Shown one piece after another: positions 8,963 through 17,375 of a DNA stretch of 64,000 nt. The first letter of the stretch is position 1. Each line of letters opens with the position of its first letter. A model generated the notes under the pieces. It was not told where the DNA came from, did not search any database, and saw nothing but the letters and a program-made list of their open reading frames with translations. The stretch spans positions 1 to 64,000 of the IMG/VR virus record IMGVR_UViG_3300020468_000005. One strand, written 5' to 3'. This stretch comes from a virus. The position numbers and the translations under genes were made by a program.

Positions 8963-9443
8963 GACGTTTTACGTTAAACCACCAGTAAATACAGATGAGA
9001 TACTCGATAGTCTCGATTGGTATCGTCGTGACGATAGACCTGTACAAGCAGATTTAACCGATTGGAATGTATCTGAGTGTTTCCCTGACTTTTGCCGACA
9101 AATTCATGTCCTCTACCCGAACCACAAAATTCAAGATCTTTGGGTTGCGTCCTATGGACGTGGCGATTATGCAGAAACTCATAACCATTCTGATTTTGAT
9201 TGGTCTTTTGTGTGGTATCTGGATGCCTGTATATCTTGCAATCCGATAAGCTTCCCCAATTTAGAGAGACCATGGTTGCAACATGAGAGAATCTACCCAA
9301 GGGTAGGTAGTTTGCATGTGTTCGATGCAGATGCAAAGCATTATGTGTGCCCACACACTTGCTTTGATCATAATCGTGTGGTTGTATCAGGTAATCTTAT
9401 GAAACGACCACAAGGCAAACTAAACAAAAATCCATTTATTTAA
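8940..9443 (+). CDS. 2OG-Fe(II) oxygenase-like protein
   Basis: ETHNH...SFVWY, KHYV and RVVVSGN motifs. Confidence 0.75.
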   Translation: MKQILKIETFYVKPPVNTDEILDSLDWYRRDDRPVQADLTDWNVSECFPDFCRQIHVLYPNHKIQDLWVASYGRGDYAETHNHSDFDWSFVWYLDACISCNPISFPNLERPWLQHERIYPRVGSLHVFDADAKHYVCPHTCFDHNRVVVSGNLMKRPQGKLNKNPFI

Positions 9444-9445
9444 GC

Positions 9446-9652
9446 ATGACACCAGAGCAAAGAGAATTAAATAGCATCTACAACTTTTATAAAGATGCTA
9501 AGTATGGTTTTGCTACAAGAGATGGATATTATGCTATACCTGCAGGTGGTAAGAAGTTGGCTTTAGTGCATAATGGTGCTATAATAAAGTATTGCAGAAA
9601 TGAGCAGAGTGCTCGTAATCTAGTAGATAAACTAAGAAAGAAACGTAAATGA
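9446..9652 (+). CDS. Hypothetical basic protein
   Basis: 68-aa ORF coupled to the next gene. Confidence 0.6.
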   Translation: MTPEQRELNSIYNFYKDAKYGFATRDGYYAIPAGGKKLALVHNGAIIKYCRNEQSARNLVDKLRKKRK

Positions 9653-10233
9653 GTAAATGGATTGACATCTATTCTATACCAAGTGGTATAGATGCTGATG
9701 TATGTCAGGTGATTCGTAAACAGATGGATAAGGTTGTAGTAATTAAAGGTACAACTGGCGATGAAACTGATGAGAGATCAGATAGTCTTAGATCAGGATA
9801 TCCTGAGGTACGATCAAGTAAAGTGTCATGGTTACATACAGACAACTGGATCAGTGGTATGATGGCACACTTCATAAATTGTGCTAATATAGAATCATTT
9901 GAGTTTGATTTAGTTAGTTGGGGATCTGATATACAATACACAATATATGATGAGGAAGGAGATTGCTATGATTGGCACATTGATGGTCCCCTTCAATCAG
10001 CATTCAATCCAAATCATTACAGGAAACTAAGTATTAGTCTATGCCTATCATCTAAAGATGAATATGATGGTGGTGAACTGGATTTAAGAGTGGGAACTTT
10101 AGAACGTAACTTTAAAATGGACATGGGTGATGTTATAATATTCCCAAGTGATACATTACATAGAGTAAGACCAATTAAGAGTGGTAAACGAATATCCTTA
10201 GTTGGATGGTATGCAGGACCTAAGTTTAAATGA
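9649..10233 (+). CDS. 2OG-Fe(II) oxygenase, prolyl-4-hydroxylase/PKHD-like
   Basis: YDWHID, RKLSISL, YDGGEL, FPSDTLHRV and RISLVGW motifs. Confidence 0.9.
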   Translation: MSKWIDIYSIPSGIDADVCQVIRKQMDKVVVIKGTTGDETDERSDSLRSGYPEVRSSKVSWLHTDNWISGMMAHFINCANIESFEFDLVSWGSDIQYTIYDEEGDCYDWHIDGPLQSAFNPNHYRKLSISLCLSSKDEYDGGELDLRVGTLERNFKMDMGDVIIFPSDTLHRVRPIKSGKRISLVGWYAGPKFK

Positions 10234-11087
10234 AACCTATTATTAAATATCAAGGCGGTAAGACAAGAGAGTTACCAATAATTAAAAAGTTAGCACCTAC
10301 ACAGTTCGATAGAATCATTGAACCATTCGCTGGTGGTGCAGCGGTATCATTTGCATATGAAAAACCTGCAATACTATGTGATATCAATGAAGCATTGATC
10401 AACTTGTATTGTATGGTTCAACAACCAAGTATATTTCATGAGATATTCTCACATGTGAGTTGGTTGAAAACACTAGAGCATAATGATCTAGAGAAAGAGT
10501 ATTATAAAGCAAGAGATTATATTAATGGGGAAGAACGTGATGCATACACATATGCTATTTCATACATCACAGTAAGACAGTTATGTTTCTCTGGTATGGA
10601 GAGATACAATAACGATGGTAAATTCAATGTACCCTTCGGACATTACAAGAAGTTTGCCTGTAACCTAGATTGGAATCACATGAAGTATCTAAAGAACTGT
10701 TTGATACTTCATGGATTTCATGATGCATTTGATTATGCATCACATGATGACTGGATCTTTATTGATCCACCATATCGTGATAGGTTAGGATACACAGAAG
10801 GTGATGGCGGTGATCTACATGATAACTTAGTGCATCGGATGATCCATACTCAAACTAAATGGTTGTTTATTCATACTGAGTGTGATTACTATAAAGAGAA
10901 ACTAAAAGATTTTAATATAATAATTAAACCATTTAGTTATGGACAACGGTTCGGTAAGAATAAGAACCATGCCAATGCTTCAGTATCGCACATGTATGTC
11001 ACAAATTATGATACTGATATGACACTTCATTATGTTGCACAACCTAATTTGTTAGAGATTTGTAACAATGACTTGACAGCAGCATAA
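10230..11087 (+). CDS. dam: DNA adenine methyltransferase, D12/Dam family
   Basis: KYQGGK, EPFAGG, RYN..GKFNVPFG and DPPY motifs. Confidence 0.9.
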   Translation: MKPIIKYQGGKTRELPIIKKLAPTQFDRIIEPFAGGAAVSFAYEKPAILCDINEALINLYCMVQQPSIFHEIFSHVSWLKTLEHNDLEKEYYKARDYINGEERDAYTYAISYITVRQLCFSGMERYNNDGKFNVPFGHYKKFACNLDWNHMKYLKNCLILHGFHDAFDYASHDDWIFIDPPYRDRLGYTEGDGGDLHDNLVHRMIHTQTKWLFIHTECDYYKEKLKDFNIIIKPFSYGQRFGKNKNHANASVSHMYVTNYDTDMTLHYVAQPNLLEICNNDLTAA

Positions 11088-11101
11088 TAGTATGATAACT
11101 T
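11050..11101 (+). promoter_or_regulatory. sigma70-like promoter with upstream palindrome
   Basis: TGTTA-N8-TAACA (11050-11067), TTGACA(11073)-17 bp-TAACTT with extended TG. Confidence 0.6.
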
Positions 11102-11106
11102 ACTAA

Positions 11107-11192
11107 TAGGGAAACAGATGCCTTCGGGTATTTTGTTTCTCGCACCCTAACCTCTCGGCAGCAACTGAGAGTGTCATAAGGATTATCCCCTA
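11107..11192 (+). ncRNA. Structured 5' leader / candidate cis-regulatory RNA
   Basis: Long hairpin with C(UUCG)G tetraloop at 11109-11141 and second hairpin CTCTCGG/CTGAGAG at 11152-11171. Confidence 0.5.
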
Positions 11193-11209
11193 TAACAATT
11201 AAAAAGATC

Positions 11210-12367
11210 ATGAGTTCAAGCTATTTGAAACAGCAGGATCGTATTGTCAACTTAAGAAATCTTATAGATGAACTTGAGCGTGAGAATAAGTTCCCAAAAC
11301 TAAAGAAAGGAATCAAAAACACCCAAGCTTTAGTAGAAGAAGAGTTAGATCCGTCTACTCTATCAATATCTGAGTTTTATCAGAGACAATTTTCCGTAAC
11401 TGCACTTAACAGTTACAAGATGTATAACCCACAACTCGTACGTGATGTTGTCGTGGCAGTTAGACCTAAGCAATTAGGAGGTCATAAACTAGTCATTGAT
11501 GGACAACATACTGCGGGTCTTGCCATTTATAGTGGTGATGTGGAAAAGATTAAGTGCAATGTACTCTATCACCCAGAGGACAGACCTCTTGATGAGTGTA
11601 TCAAAGTAGAAGGAGAACTCTTCCATGCATACAACACAGCACGTAAAAACCCAACACTAATTGATAAGTATCGTGCAGGTTTATGTTTCGATGACCATGA
11701 TGCAGTGAGATTCCATAACAATCTATTGACATGTAACTTACAGGTTGATGGATTAGGTGATCTTGATGGTGATAGTTTAGCATCAGCAGGTGCAGCACGT
11801 TTTGACAAGTGTGTCAAACAGTTCGACAATAAGGATGTTGACTTTAAATCTGAGATAGTCAGAGCAGTTAACTATATCCGTGGTACATGGGGTACACCAC
11901 CTAAAACATCAGTTAAGGATGATGATGGTAACGAGATAGTTACTAAGTTCAAGTATCGTGATGATCTCATCCATGGATTGACCACATTACTCGTCCTTAT
12001 CAGTGTTGGAAGAAACAAGAACTGCAAGAGATTAACTCAACAGCAGAAAGATGACTTCCAAGAGTGGTTAACAACTGAAGCACACAAGAAGGCAATTCAG
12101 TTCTATACTGCTAACACTGCTGGTGGTAACACACACTATAAAATTGCTCATAGGTTCTTACAAGAATACAATACTCATGATGCATATGAGACTATTTCTA
12201 ACAAGTGGGCACATGAGAATGGTGTGTGGGATGATGAGTGTTTAAGAGAAAGCGATCCTATGAGGAGAGCAATCCTTATCTCTAACCCAGAATCACGTAA
12301 GGTTAAATCTGGTAAGGTAGAGAATGGTATCTATCGTACAGCAGAATTCCCAAGATACAATGCATAG
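11210..12367 (+). CDS. ParB/Srx-like N-terminal domain protein
   Basis: YQR...VVVAVRP...LVIDGQHT motif of the ParB/DndB-like superfamily; 385 aa. Confidence 0.65.
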   Translation: MSSSYLKQQDRIVNLRNLIDELERENKFPKLKKGIKNTQALVEEELDPSTLSISEFYQRQFSVTALNSYKMYNPQLVRDVVVAVRPKQLGGHKLVIDGQHTAGLAIYSGDVEKIKCNVLYHPEDRPLDECIKVEGELFHAYNTARKNPTLIDKYRAGLCFDDHDAVRFHNNLLTCNLQVDGLGDLDGDSLASAGAARFDKCVKQFDNKDVDFKSEIVRAVNYIRGTWGTPPKTSVKDDDGNEIVTKFKYRDDLIHGLTTLLVLISVGRNKNCKRLTQQQKDDFQEWLTTEAHKKAIQFYTANTAGGNTHYKIAHRFLQEYNTHDAYETISNKWAHENGVWDDECLRESDPMRRAILISNPESRKVKSGKVENGIYRTAEFPRYNA

Positions 12368-12368
12368 T

Positions 12369-12425
12369 ATGCCAGTTTAATAACATATACAGAGGGTTGC
12401 AAAACCCTCTTTTTTATTGTATAAT
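12369..12425 (+). promoter_or_regulatory. Terminator hairpin overlapping an early promoter (PeSL-like cassette)
   Basis: AGAGGGTT-GCAA-AACCCTCT plus T-run contains the -35 TTGCAA(12397); 17 bp spacer; TATAAT(12420); degenerate class-A palindrome at 12369-12390. Confidence 0.75.
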
Positions 12426-12446
12426 ATTATTAGTTAAGCAATTACA

Positions 12447-12629
12447 ATGCTCGTCAGACAACTCATTCAACAACTTGAACAGTTTAATCCTGATGAAGCA
12501 ATATGTCTTGTTGACTATGAGATGCAGAGAGATTATAATATTGAAGTCATTAAGAAAGAGAAAGGATATAATTGTATATTCATTAGAGAAATTCCTACTT
12601 ACAGTTTTGACCATGTTATCATCCACTGA
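12447..12629 (+). CDS. Small hypothetical protein
   Basis: MLVRQLIQQLEQFNPD motif common in phage small proteins; first gene after the promoter. Confidence 0.6.
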   Translation: MLVRQLIQQLEQFNPDEAICLVDYEMQRDYNIEVIKKEKGYNCIFIREIPTYSFDHVIIH

Positions 12630-13278
12630 ATACCTAGAAGCAACATTGCTACCACTCATTGAGAGTATACAACCAAAGACTACTGATTCATTCATACTTG
12701 AAGCATGTGGATTAGAAGCACGTCCATCAACACAGAGTGTATCCATTACTATTGGTGCAAGACTAGAGAAGTTTTGGAACACAGTATTATCTGACATGGA
12801 CAATACAACAAATATGATAGAGGACAGTGATCGTGTAGATGTCAATGGTAGAACAAGACAGATAGATCACTTCTTCACTATACCTGATCTCATGTATGCA
12901 TCACATATGTACCTAGAGAGTAAGTGTAACGTCAACTTTGATACTGAGAAAGTGAGAGCATCTAACCAGAAGATACATGATATTGCAAATGCACTTGAAG
13001 AGCAGCATGACATCATCAACGTTCAGAGTGGTTACTTCGTACCAGTGAAGAGAGACATACCAATAGAGATAGCGAGAGAATATACAAATCTAGGCATAAG
13101 CATCTTTGGAGTATCTGATTTATACAGATGGTTCAATGATGAACTACCATTTACTATTGATGAGTACTTCGAGTTCTTCAAGTATAGGTTAGCACCTATC
13201 ATTGATGCATTACTCGATGGTAGACCACTTAGCAAGGTGTCACATGGGGCTACCCAGAAGGACATGGACTTGCTATAA
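12613..13278 (+). CDS. PD-(D/E)xK nuclease, type II restriction-endonuclease-like
   Basis: G..LEKFW...RQIDHFF...YLESK catalytic-type motif. ATG 12613 is more plausible than the track start 12397, which lies in the promoter. Confidence 0.6.
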   Translation: MLSSTEYLEATLLPLIESIQPKTTDSFILEACGLEARPSTQSVSITIGARLEKFWNTVLSDMDNTTNMIEDSDRVDVNGRTRQIDHFFTIPDLMYASHMYLESKCNVNFDTEKVRASNQKIHDIANALEEQHDIINVQSGYFVPVKRDIPIEIAREYTNLGISIFGVSDLYRWFNDELPFTIDEYFEFFKYRLAPIIDALLDGRPLSKVSHGATQKDMDLL

Positions 13279-13279
13279 T
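13222..13279 (+). promoter_or_regulatory. Early promoter with class-A palindrome
   Basis: GACCACTTAGCAAGGTGTCAC, then TGcTATAAT (13271-13279). Confidence 0.65.
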
Positions 13280-13285
13280 GGTAAT

Positions 13286-13498
13286 ATGAAACTTCGACCA
13301 GGATCTGAATCTATGTACGTGTCAACGGTGAGTCAATGTACTCGACTAATCAATGGTGCTAAAAAAGCACTCAAAGTTGCAGAGCAAGACCCATTTGCAT
13401 ATACAGAGGACGAGATCCGTCATTTAAAACGTAGTTTACGTGATCTATACGATCAACGTAAGTACTTAAATAGTGGTAATGGTTTCGGTAATGATTAG
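13286..13498 (+). CDS. Hypothetical protein (start at 13286 or 13312)
   Basis: ORF downstream of the promoter; ends with the GFG motif common in cyanophage small proteins. Confidence 0.6.
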   Translation: MKLRPGSESMYVSTVSQCTRLINGAKKALKVAEQDPFAYTEDEIRHLKRSLRDLYDQRKYLNSGNGFGND

Positions 13499-13714
13499 AT
13501 GCCCCAACAAACTAAGTTTAATGTCGGTGATCTAGTATCATACAAGGAGTGGCATGAAAGTTATGTGACTTTCGTATGCTCTCACTATATCGTAGTGTGT
13601 ATCAACCGCAAGGAAGATAAGAACACTATGCACGGTGTTAGGGAAGTTAATATTTTAGTATATCCGTCCGAATGGACTTCAATCATCCCCAGAAACACAA
13701 ATGGCAAGAACTAA
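13499..13714 (+). CDS. Hypothetical protein
   Basis: 71-aa ORF; F.VGDLV.Y SH3-like start. Confidence 0.6.
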   Translation: MPQQTKFNVGDLVSYKEWHESYVTFVCSHYIVVCINRKEDKNTMHGVREVNILVYPSEWTSIIPRNTNGKN

Positions 13715-13916
13715 AAAGGTTCAATTTCAAGCACTCAAACGTGACATCGTTGTGGAACTACAACCACGACGTAAAGGAGTATTTTGGAACTATGCAGATA
13801 GTCCCACAAAGTATGGTCCTTTCAAGAATGACCAACAGGCAATTTCAGATGCCAAACTATACTCACAGTATGGTACAACTAACAAAACATTATTAAAACT
13901 CGGAGTATCTAGATGA
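13701..13916 (+). CDS. Hypothetical basic protein
   Basis: 71-aa ORF with YGPFK motif. Confidence 0.6.
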   Translation: MARTKKVQFQALKRDIVVELQPRRKGVFWNYADSPTKYGPFKNDQQAISDAKLYSQYGTTNKTLLKLGVSR

Positions 13917-14058
13917 ACAACGTCCCCTTTTATGATTTCCCACATTCACCGATACTTATTATTGGTTTCTTTGGTATATTCACAGCACTCGCAGTGCTCT
14001 ACGTTGCGAATCGCGATTATTTTGGATCGCCATTAAATAAGGACAGGAGGAATGTCAA

Positions 14059-14319
14059 ATGAAAACAGAAGTAATTCTAGAGAGATATCCCTACCGCTTC
14101 GTGCAAAAGGGATTACTAGAGGAGAACGGAGCACCAGACTTCCGTATCCAAAAGTGGAATGATCTAAACAAGAGATACTATGACATGTACTATCTTGATA
14201 GTCAAGCACAACTAGATTGTTGTATTGAGGACAGAGAGTATGTCAAGTGGTTAGATCCTGATCCAGAAGTGGCAGCATATCCACGCAAAGGAGACAAAGT
14301 GGTATCGCCTTATGGATAA
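14059..14319 (+). CDS. Conserved cyanophage hypothetical protein
   Basis: AGGAGG RBS; ERYPYRFVQKG...PDFRIQK...MYYLD motif. Confidence 0.7.
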   Translation: MKTEVILERYPYRFVQKGLLEENGAPDFRIQKWNDLNKRYYDMYYLDSQAQLDCCIEDREYVKWLDPDPEVAAYPRKGDKVVSPYG

Positions 14320-14490
14320 TAGAATCCAAGAACGTCGCCAGAAGTGCTACAAGAAACTTATACAGTCCGACTTACCAGTCGAGTTTGTATATGCATATTG
14401 TACTGAGTGGGCAGAAGGCGAGGAGAAAGACATAGCAGATGAACGTGCTATCAGAAAGAACACAAAGTATAAAAGAACAGTATACTAGAC

Positions 14491-15084
14491 GTGAGTTACT
14501 TCTATACACCAGATGAAGTAGAGAACACCAAACTCAATGGACTAGAGAAAGTATATCCTACTCTCAAAGAAGAGTGGGATGCACATTCTAATGAGATTGA
14601 GTGGAGAGATTTCACTGACTATCAAGAACGTACTATCAAATATAGTTCACAAGGACATGAGATAGATGGTTCAGCATTTAATACTGCACCAATAGCAACG
14701 TCATCATCCAAGTGGAGTATAGCACCATTGTTCTATAATGACCAACAGTATACTAGAAATACTAACCTATTACCCAAGTTAAGGAAGACTATGTTATGGT
14801 TAGGAGAGACAAAGTATGTTGGTATGGTCAAATTAGCACCAGATGCTAGGTTAGGAGAGCATTATGACCCTGATCCTAACAAGTTTACTCGGAGGTTTCG
14901 ATGTCAACTTCCATTTGTCTCCTCAATCTGTACGTTATCTGTTCAGAGTGAGTACAGACCACTTACGGAGGGTAAGCTCTTAATATTTCAGAGTTCCGCA
15001 CGTCATAAAGTACAAAATATGGGTGATTCAGACCGTATTTCGTTGATTTTTGACATATTCCGTAAGGGAGCAGGTATTCTATAG
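14491..15084 (+). CDS. Aspartyl/asparaginyl beta-hydroxylase-like 2OG-Fe(II) oxygenase
   Basis: HYD, R.QLP, EGK.LIF...RH.VQN...RISLIFD motifs. Confidence 0.75.
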   Translation: MSYFYTPDEVENTKLNGLEKVYPTLKEEWDAHSNEIEWRDFTDYQERTIKYSSQGHEIDGSAFNTAPIATSSSKWSIAPLFYNDQQYTRNTNLLPKLRKTMLWLGETKYVGMVKLAPDARLGEHYDPDPNKFTRRFRCQLPFVSSICTLSVQSEYRPLTEGKLLIFQSSARHKVQNMGDSDRISLIFDIFRKGAGIL

Positions 15085-15155
15085 GTAATCTAAGTAGAAT
15101 TTACCTAGATTTAAGAAACGTTTAAAAAAAGATAGTTGCGTGTTCTGGTTCTGTC

Positions 15156-15249
15156 AGCTTAGCGAGCGATGCACGAGATGTCAACCACTTCTGTGCCAGT
15201 TCTCAAAGTGTCCTCAAAGCTTGCAAAAACACTCGGAATGGACTATAAT
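15156..15249. promoter_or_regulatory. Divergent promoter pair centred on a class-A palindrome
   Basis: Minus strand: TTGACA(15184-15179)-17-TAAGCT. Plus strand: TTGCAA(15221)-17-TATAAT(15244). GTGCCAGTT-CTCA-AAGTGTCC lies between them. Confidence 0.7.
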
Positions 15250-15271
15250 TACTAGTATACAACACAATTAC

Positions 15272-15526
15272 ATGGCATCAAAAAAACACACATTCGATAT
15301 AGATGCACTCAGTTCGGCTATAGATAAGATAGTCGTGCAAGGCTCCAAGGTTTTCATCAATTTCTCAGGAAACGAGAAAACCTACGAGTATGAATGGAAA
15401 CCTGCAAACAAGACTCTTTTAGCCAAGCTGAATGGTTTTGTTGAAGATCCTACTTCTCTGTCACTTGGAGCATTTTATAACAGTTCTTTGAAAAGTGGCG
15501 ACTTAGTTCAAAAACCATTTAACTAG
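15272..15526 (+). CDS. KTSC-domain-like small protein
   Basis: SSAI..I......I.F....KTYEY...SLGAFYN pattern. Confidence 0.55.
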   Translation: MASKKHTFDIDALSSAIDKIVVQGSKVFINFSGNEKTYEYEWKPANKTLLAKLNGFVEDPTSLSLGAFYNSSLKSGDLVQKPFN

Positions 15527-15542
15527 ACAAAAGGTACAAAAC

Positions 15543-15704
15543 ATGGCAAAGTCATGGGATTACGGGAAAAAGAACAAAAGGGGTTCTTTTAGCCAAAAGA
15601 AGAAAGAACTCACAGAGTATGAAGAACTTGAGAGTTCTGGATTTCTTCAAGAGATCTCTAATAATAAGAGATTCAAGGTCAAACAAGAGTACTTGGAGGA
15701 TTAA
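15543..15704 (+). CDS. Small hypothetical protein
   Basis: Manual ORF MAKSWDYGKKNKRGSFSQKKKELTEYEE... Confidence 0.55.
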   Translation: MAKSWDYGKKNKRGSFSQKKKELTEYEELESSGFLQEISNNKRFKVKQEYLED

Positions 15705-15705
15705 T

Positions 15706-15885
15706 TTGAACATTTACCAAAACCTATTAAAAAAAGCAAAAGAGGAAAGAACTCTCAGTTGGGAGGAAAGTGTTGATTTGGTACAATACTTATTAGACAC
15801 AGAAAAACTGACAGAACATCCCGAATTCGAGAAACTCTGTCAGTATTATATCACAGAGGGACTATGTTACTACGTCCCCTCGTGA
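15706..15885 (+). CDS. Small hypothetical protein (TTG start)
   Basis: GGAGG RBS; ...LVQYLLDT...CQYYITEGLCYYV. Confidence 0.55.
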   Translation: MNIYQNLLKKAKEERTLSWEESVDLVQYLLDTEKLTEHPEFEKLCQYYITEGLCYYVPS

Positions 15886-15903
15886 CAGTTATATAATTGT
15901 CAA
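15845..15903 (-). promoter_or_regulatory. Minus-strand (antisense) promoter with hairpin and class-A palindrome
   Basis: TGaTATAAT on the minus strand (15853-15845), GAGGGAC/GTCCCCTC hairpin over the -35, GTGACAGTT-ATAT-AATTGTCAA at 15882-15903. Confidence 0.55.
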
Positions 15904-16050
15904 TTCCTCTGGACGAAATGCCTTGCGGTCAAACCTATCCTCATTTGTCGTGATGCATACCACAGAATTGATCTCAGGGAACAGAGAGAGCACCCACCAT
16001 TCGAGTCCCTCCTCGTCCCTTACTTTGTCAGAAATGCTCAGCTGATTCAT
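15889..16050 (-). CDS. Small hypothetical protein
   Basis: Manual ORF MNQLSISDKVRDEEGLEWWVLSLFPE...; ATGA overlap with the upstream gene. Confidence 0.55.
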   Translation of the reverse strand: MNQLSISDKVRDEEGLEWWVLSLFPEINSVVCITTNEDRFDRKAFRPEELTII

Positions 16051-16259
16051 TTTAATTGAATGTCGTAATAAATGTTTCTAATGCAATAACCTGATGCTGT
16101 AGTGATCTCGTCGATCATGTCATCGTCATCGTCTGCTTCCCAGACACCGAGATGTTGATCACGGATTTCAATTTGTTCATCATCTGTTAATTGCCACTCA
16201 GGGTTTCCATCCCCTATTTCATCGAAATCAAATTCGATATCGGTTACTAGAAATTTCAT
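16047..16259 (-). CDS. Acidic hypothetical protein
   Basis: MKFLVTDIEFDF...WEADDDDDMIDEIT..SGYCI; cyanophage early-gene family. Confidence 0.65.
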   Translation of the reverse strand: MKFLVTDIEFDFDEIGDGNPEWQLTDDEQIEIRDQHLGVWEADDDDDMIDEITTASGYCIRNIYYDIQLK

Positions 16260-16444
16260 TACCAGTCCCCGTTTGCGTCTTTGTAGCAATCCTCATTCCA
16301 ATGTTCGCCCCTCTGCAATATGCCAAGGTTGATTGCGATCTCATCGTAGTATTGCATAGCAGACCTAGACATGCGACCACATGAATAGTCCCACCCTAAC
16401 TCTGTGAAATCATCATAGAGTTTTGAAACGTTAATCTTAGTCAA
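16259..16444 (-). CDS. Hypothetical protein
   Basis: AGGAGG RBS; DF..LGWDY..GRMS.S motif. Confidence 0.6.
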   Translation of the reverse strand: MTKINVSKLYDDFTELGWDYSCGRMSRSAMQYYDEIAINLGILQRGEHWNEDCYKDANGDW

Positions 16445-16589
16445 TTAAAATCCTCCTTTGTTCGCGGTAGTAAAGTTCTTTTTCGATCATGTCATGAGTT
16501 TCACAATCTGGGTCATCGTTCTTGATGATTGCCCTAAGTTGATCATCGGACATGCCGATGATCTTAGAATGTTTAAGAGTGTAACTCAT
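16437..16589 (-). CDS. Small hypothetical protein
   Basis: Manual ORF MSYTLKHSKIIGMSDDQLRAII...; GGAGG RBS. Confidence 0.5.
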   Translation of the reverse strand: MSYTLKHSKIIGMSDDQLRAIIKNDDPDCETHDMIEKELYYREQRRILID

Positions 16590-16846
16590 GCCACCTCCTT
16601 TTCAAGGTATGCAAACGGGTTGTAACCGCCATCGTAAATCTGGTTCATGATGTCTCTTACTCGCTCTCTGTCGAGACTATCGCCATCGCCCCAAGAGTAA
16701 ACGTCGCTGTCATAATGTGCGATTGCATCAAGGTAGATGCATGTAGCGTAAGCGATCTGCTCTCTAGATCTACCTTGGTCATATAGACCGCCATAACCAT
16801 AGAATGACTTGCAGTATTCTATGAAGTCGTTAAATGAACTATTCAT
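16586..16846 (-). CDS. Hypothetical protein with GDSLD motif
   Basis: FIEYCKSFYG..GLY...GDSLDRERVRDIM. Confidence 0.65.
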   Translation of the reverse strand: MNSSFNDFIEYCKSFYGYGGLYDQGRSREQIAYATCIYLDAIAHYDSDVYSWGDGDSLDRERVRDIMNQIYDGGYNPFAYLEKEVA

Positions 16847-17046
16847 TACTGAACCCCCACTAGTCTTGAGATGTCGTTCATGAAATCGTCGAATTTCCAT
16901 TGTGCTGATTGGTTCAGCATCTGTTGACCGTACATAGGTAGATCTCCAGTATCGGTTGCTTCAGCAACTACTTCATCATAACACGCTTGGTAAATACCCT
17001 CTCGTGTTACTGGATAATCTGTGATGTCTACGTAAAGGAATTGCAT
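16846..17046 (-). CDS. Hypothetical protein
   Basis: 66-aa ORF, first gene after the promoter at 17088. Confidence 0.6.
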   Translation of the reverse strand: MQFLYVDITDYPVTREGIYQACYDEVVAEATDTGDLPMYGQQMLNQSAQWKFDDFMNDISRLVGVQ

Positions 17047-17082
17047 AATCTAAAAATGAATGAATTTCGTTTGTACTCTTTT

Positions 17083-17143
17083 ATTATAGTCGATAATATG
17101 CCCACTTAGAGCATAAGTGAGCATATTGAAACAATTGTTTACA
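17083..17143 (-). promoter_or_regulatory. Early promoter with stem-loop and class-B palindrome
   Basis: TATAAT (17088-17083); AATATGCCCACTTA/TAAGTGAGCATATT hairpin; TGTAAA-CAATT-GTTTCA at 17143-17127. Confidence 0.65.
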
Positions 17144-17375
17144 CTTTCTTTTTCTTGAAGTCGCACTTCATATAGTCCTGAATCTCGTCGATAACTTCAC
17201 CGAGATGTTCACCCCAGTAATTCTCTGCTTCTTCTAGGAAATCATGTTCCCCTTGTTTGTCGAAATACTGGAATAGGTCGTCTTGTACATATTGTGCGAG
17301 GTCTTCGGTGGACATATTATCCACCATTCTCTCAGCGAGGAACTCTTTGAGTTCGGTTAATAATGCCCTATCCAT
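17139..17375 (-). CDS. Hypothetical acidic protein
   Basis: ER.VDNMST.DL.QYV.DDL motif; 78 aa. Confidence 0.65.
   Translation of the reverse strand: MDRALLTELKEFLAERMVDNMSTEDLAQYVQDDLFQYFDKQGEHDFLEEAENYWGEHLGEVIDEIQDYMKCDFKKKKV

Noticed and set aside
12397-12612. N-terminal extensions given by the ORF track (also at 4749, 13202, 15140, 15619, 18616, 19442, 19740, 22480, 22754)
   Set aside because: They run through promoters or upstream genes; downstream starts fit the RBS and promoter positions better.
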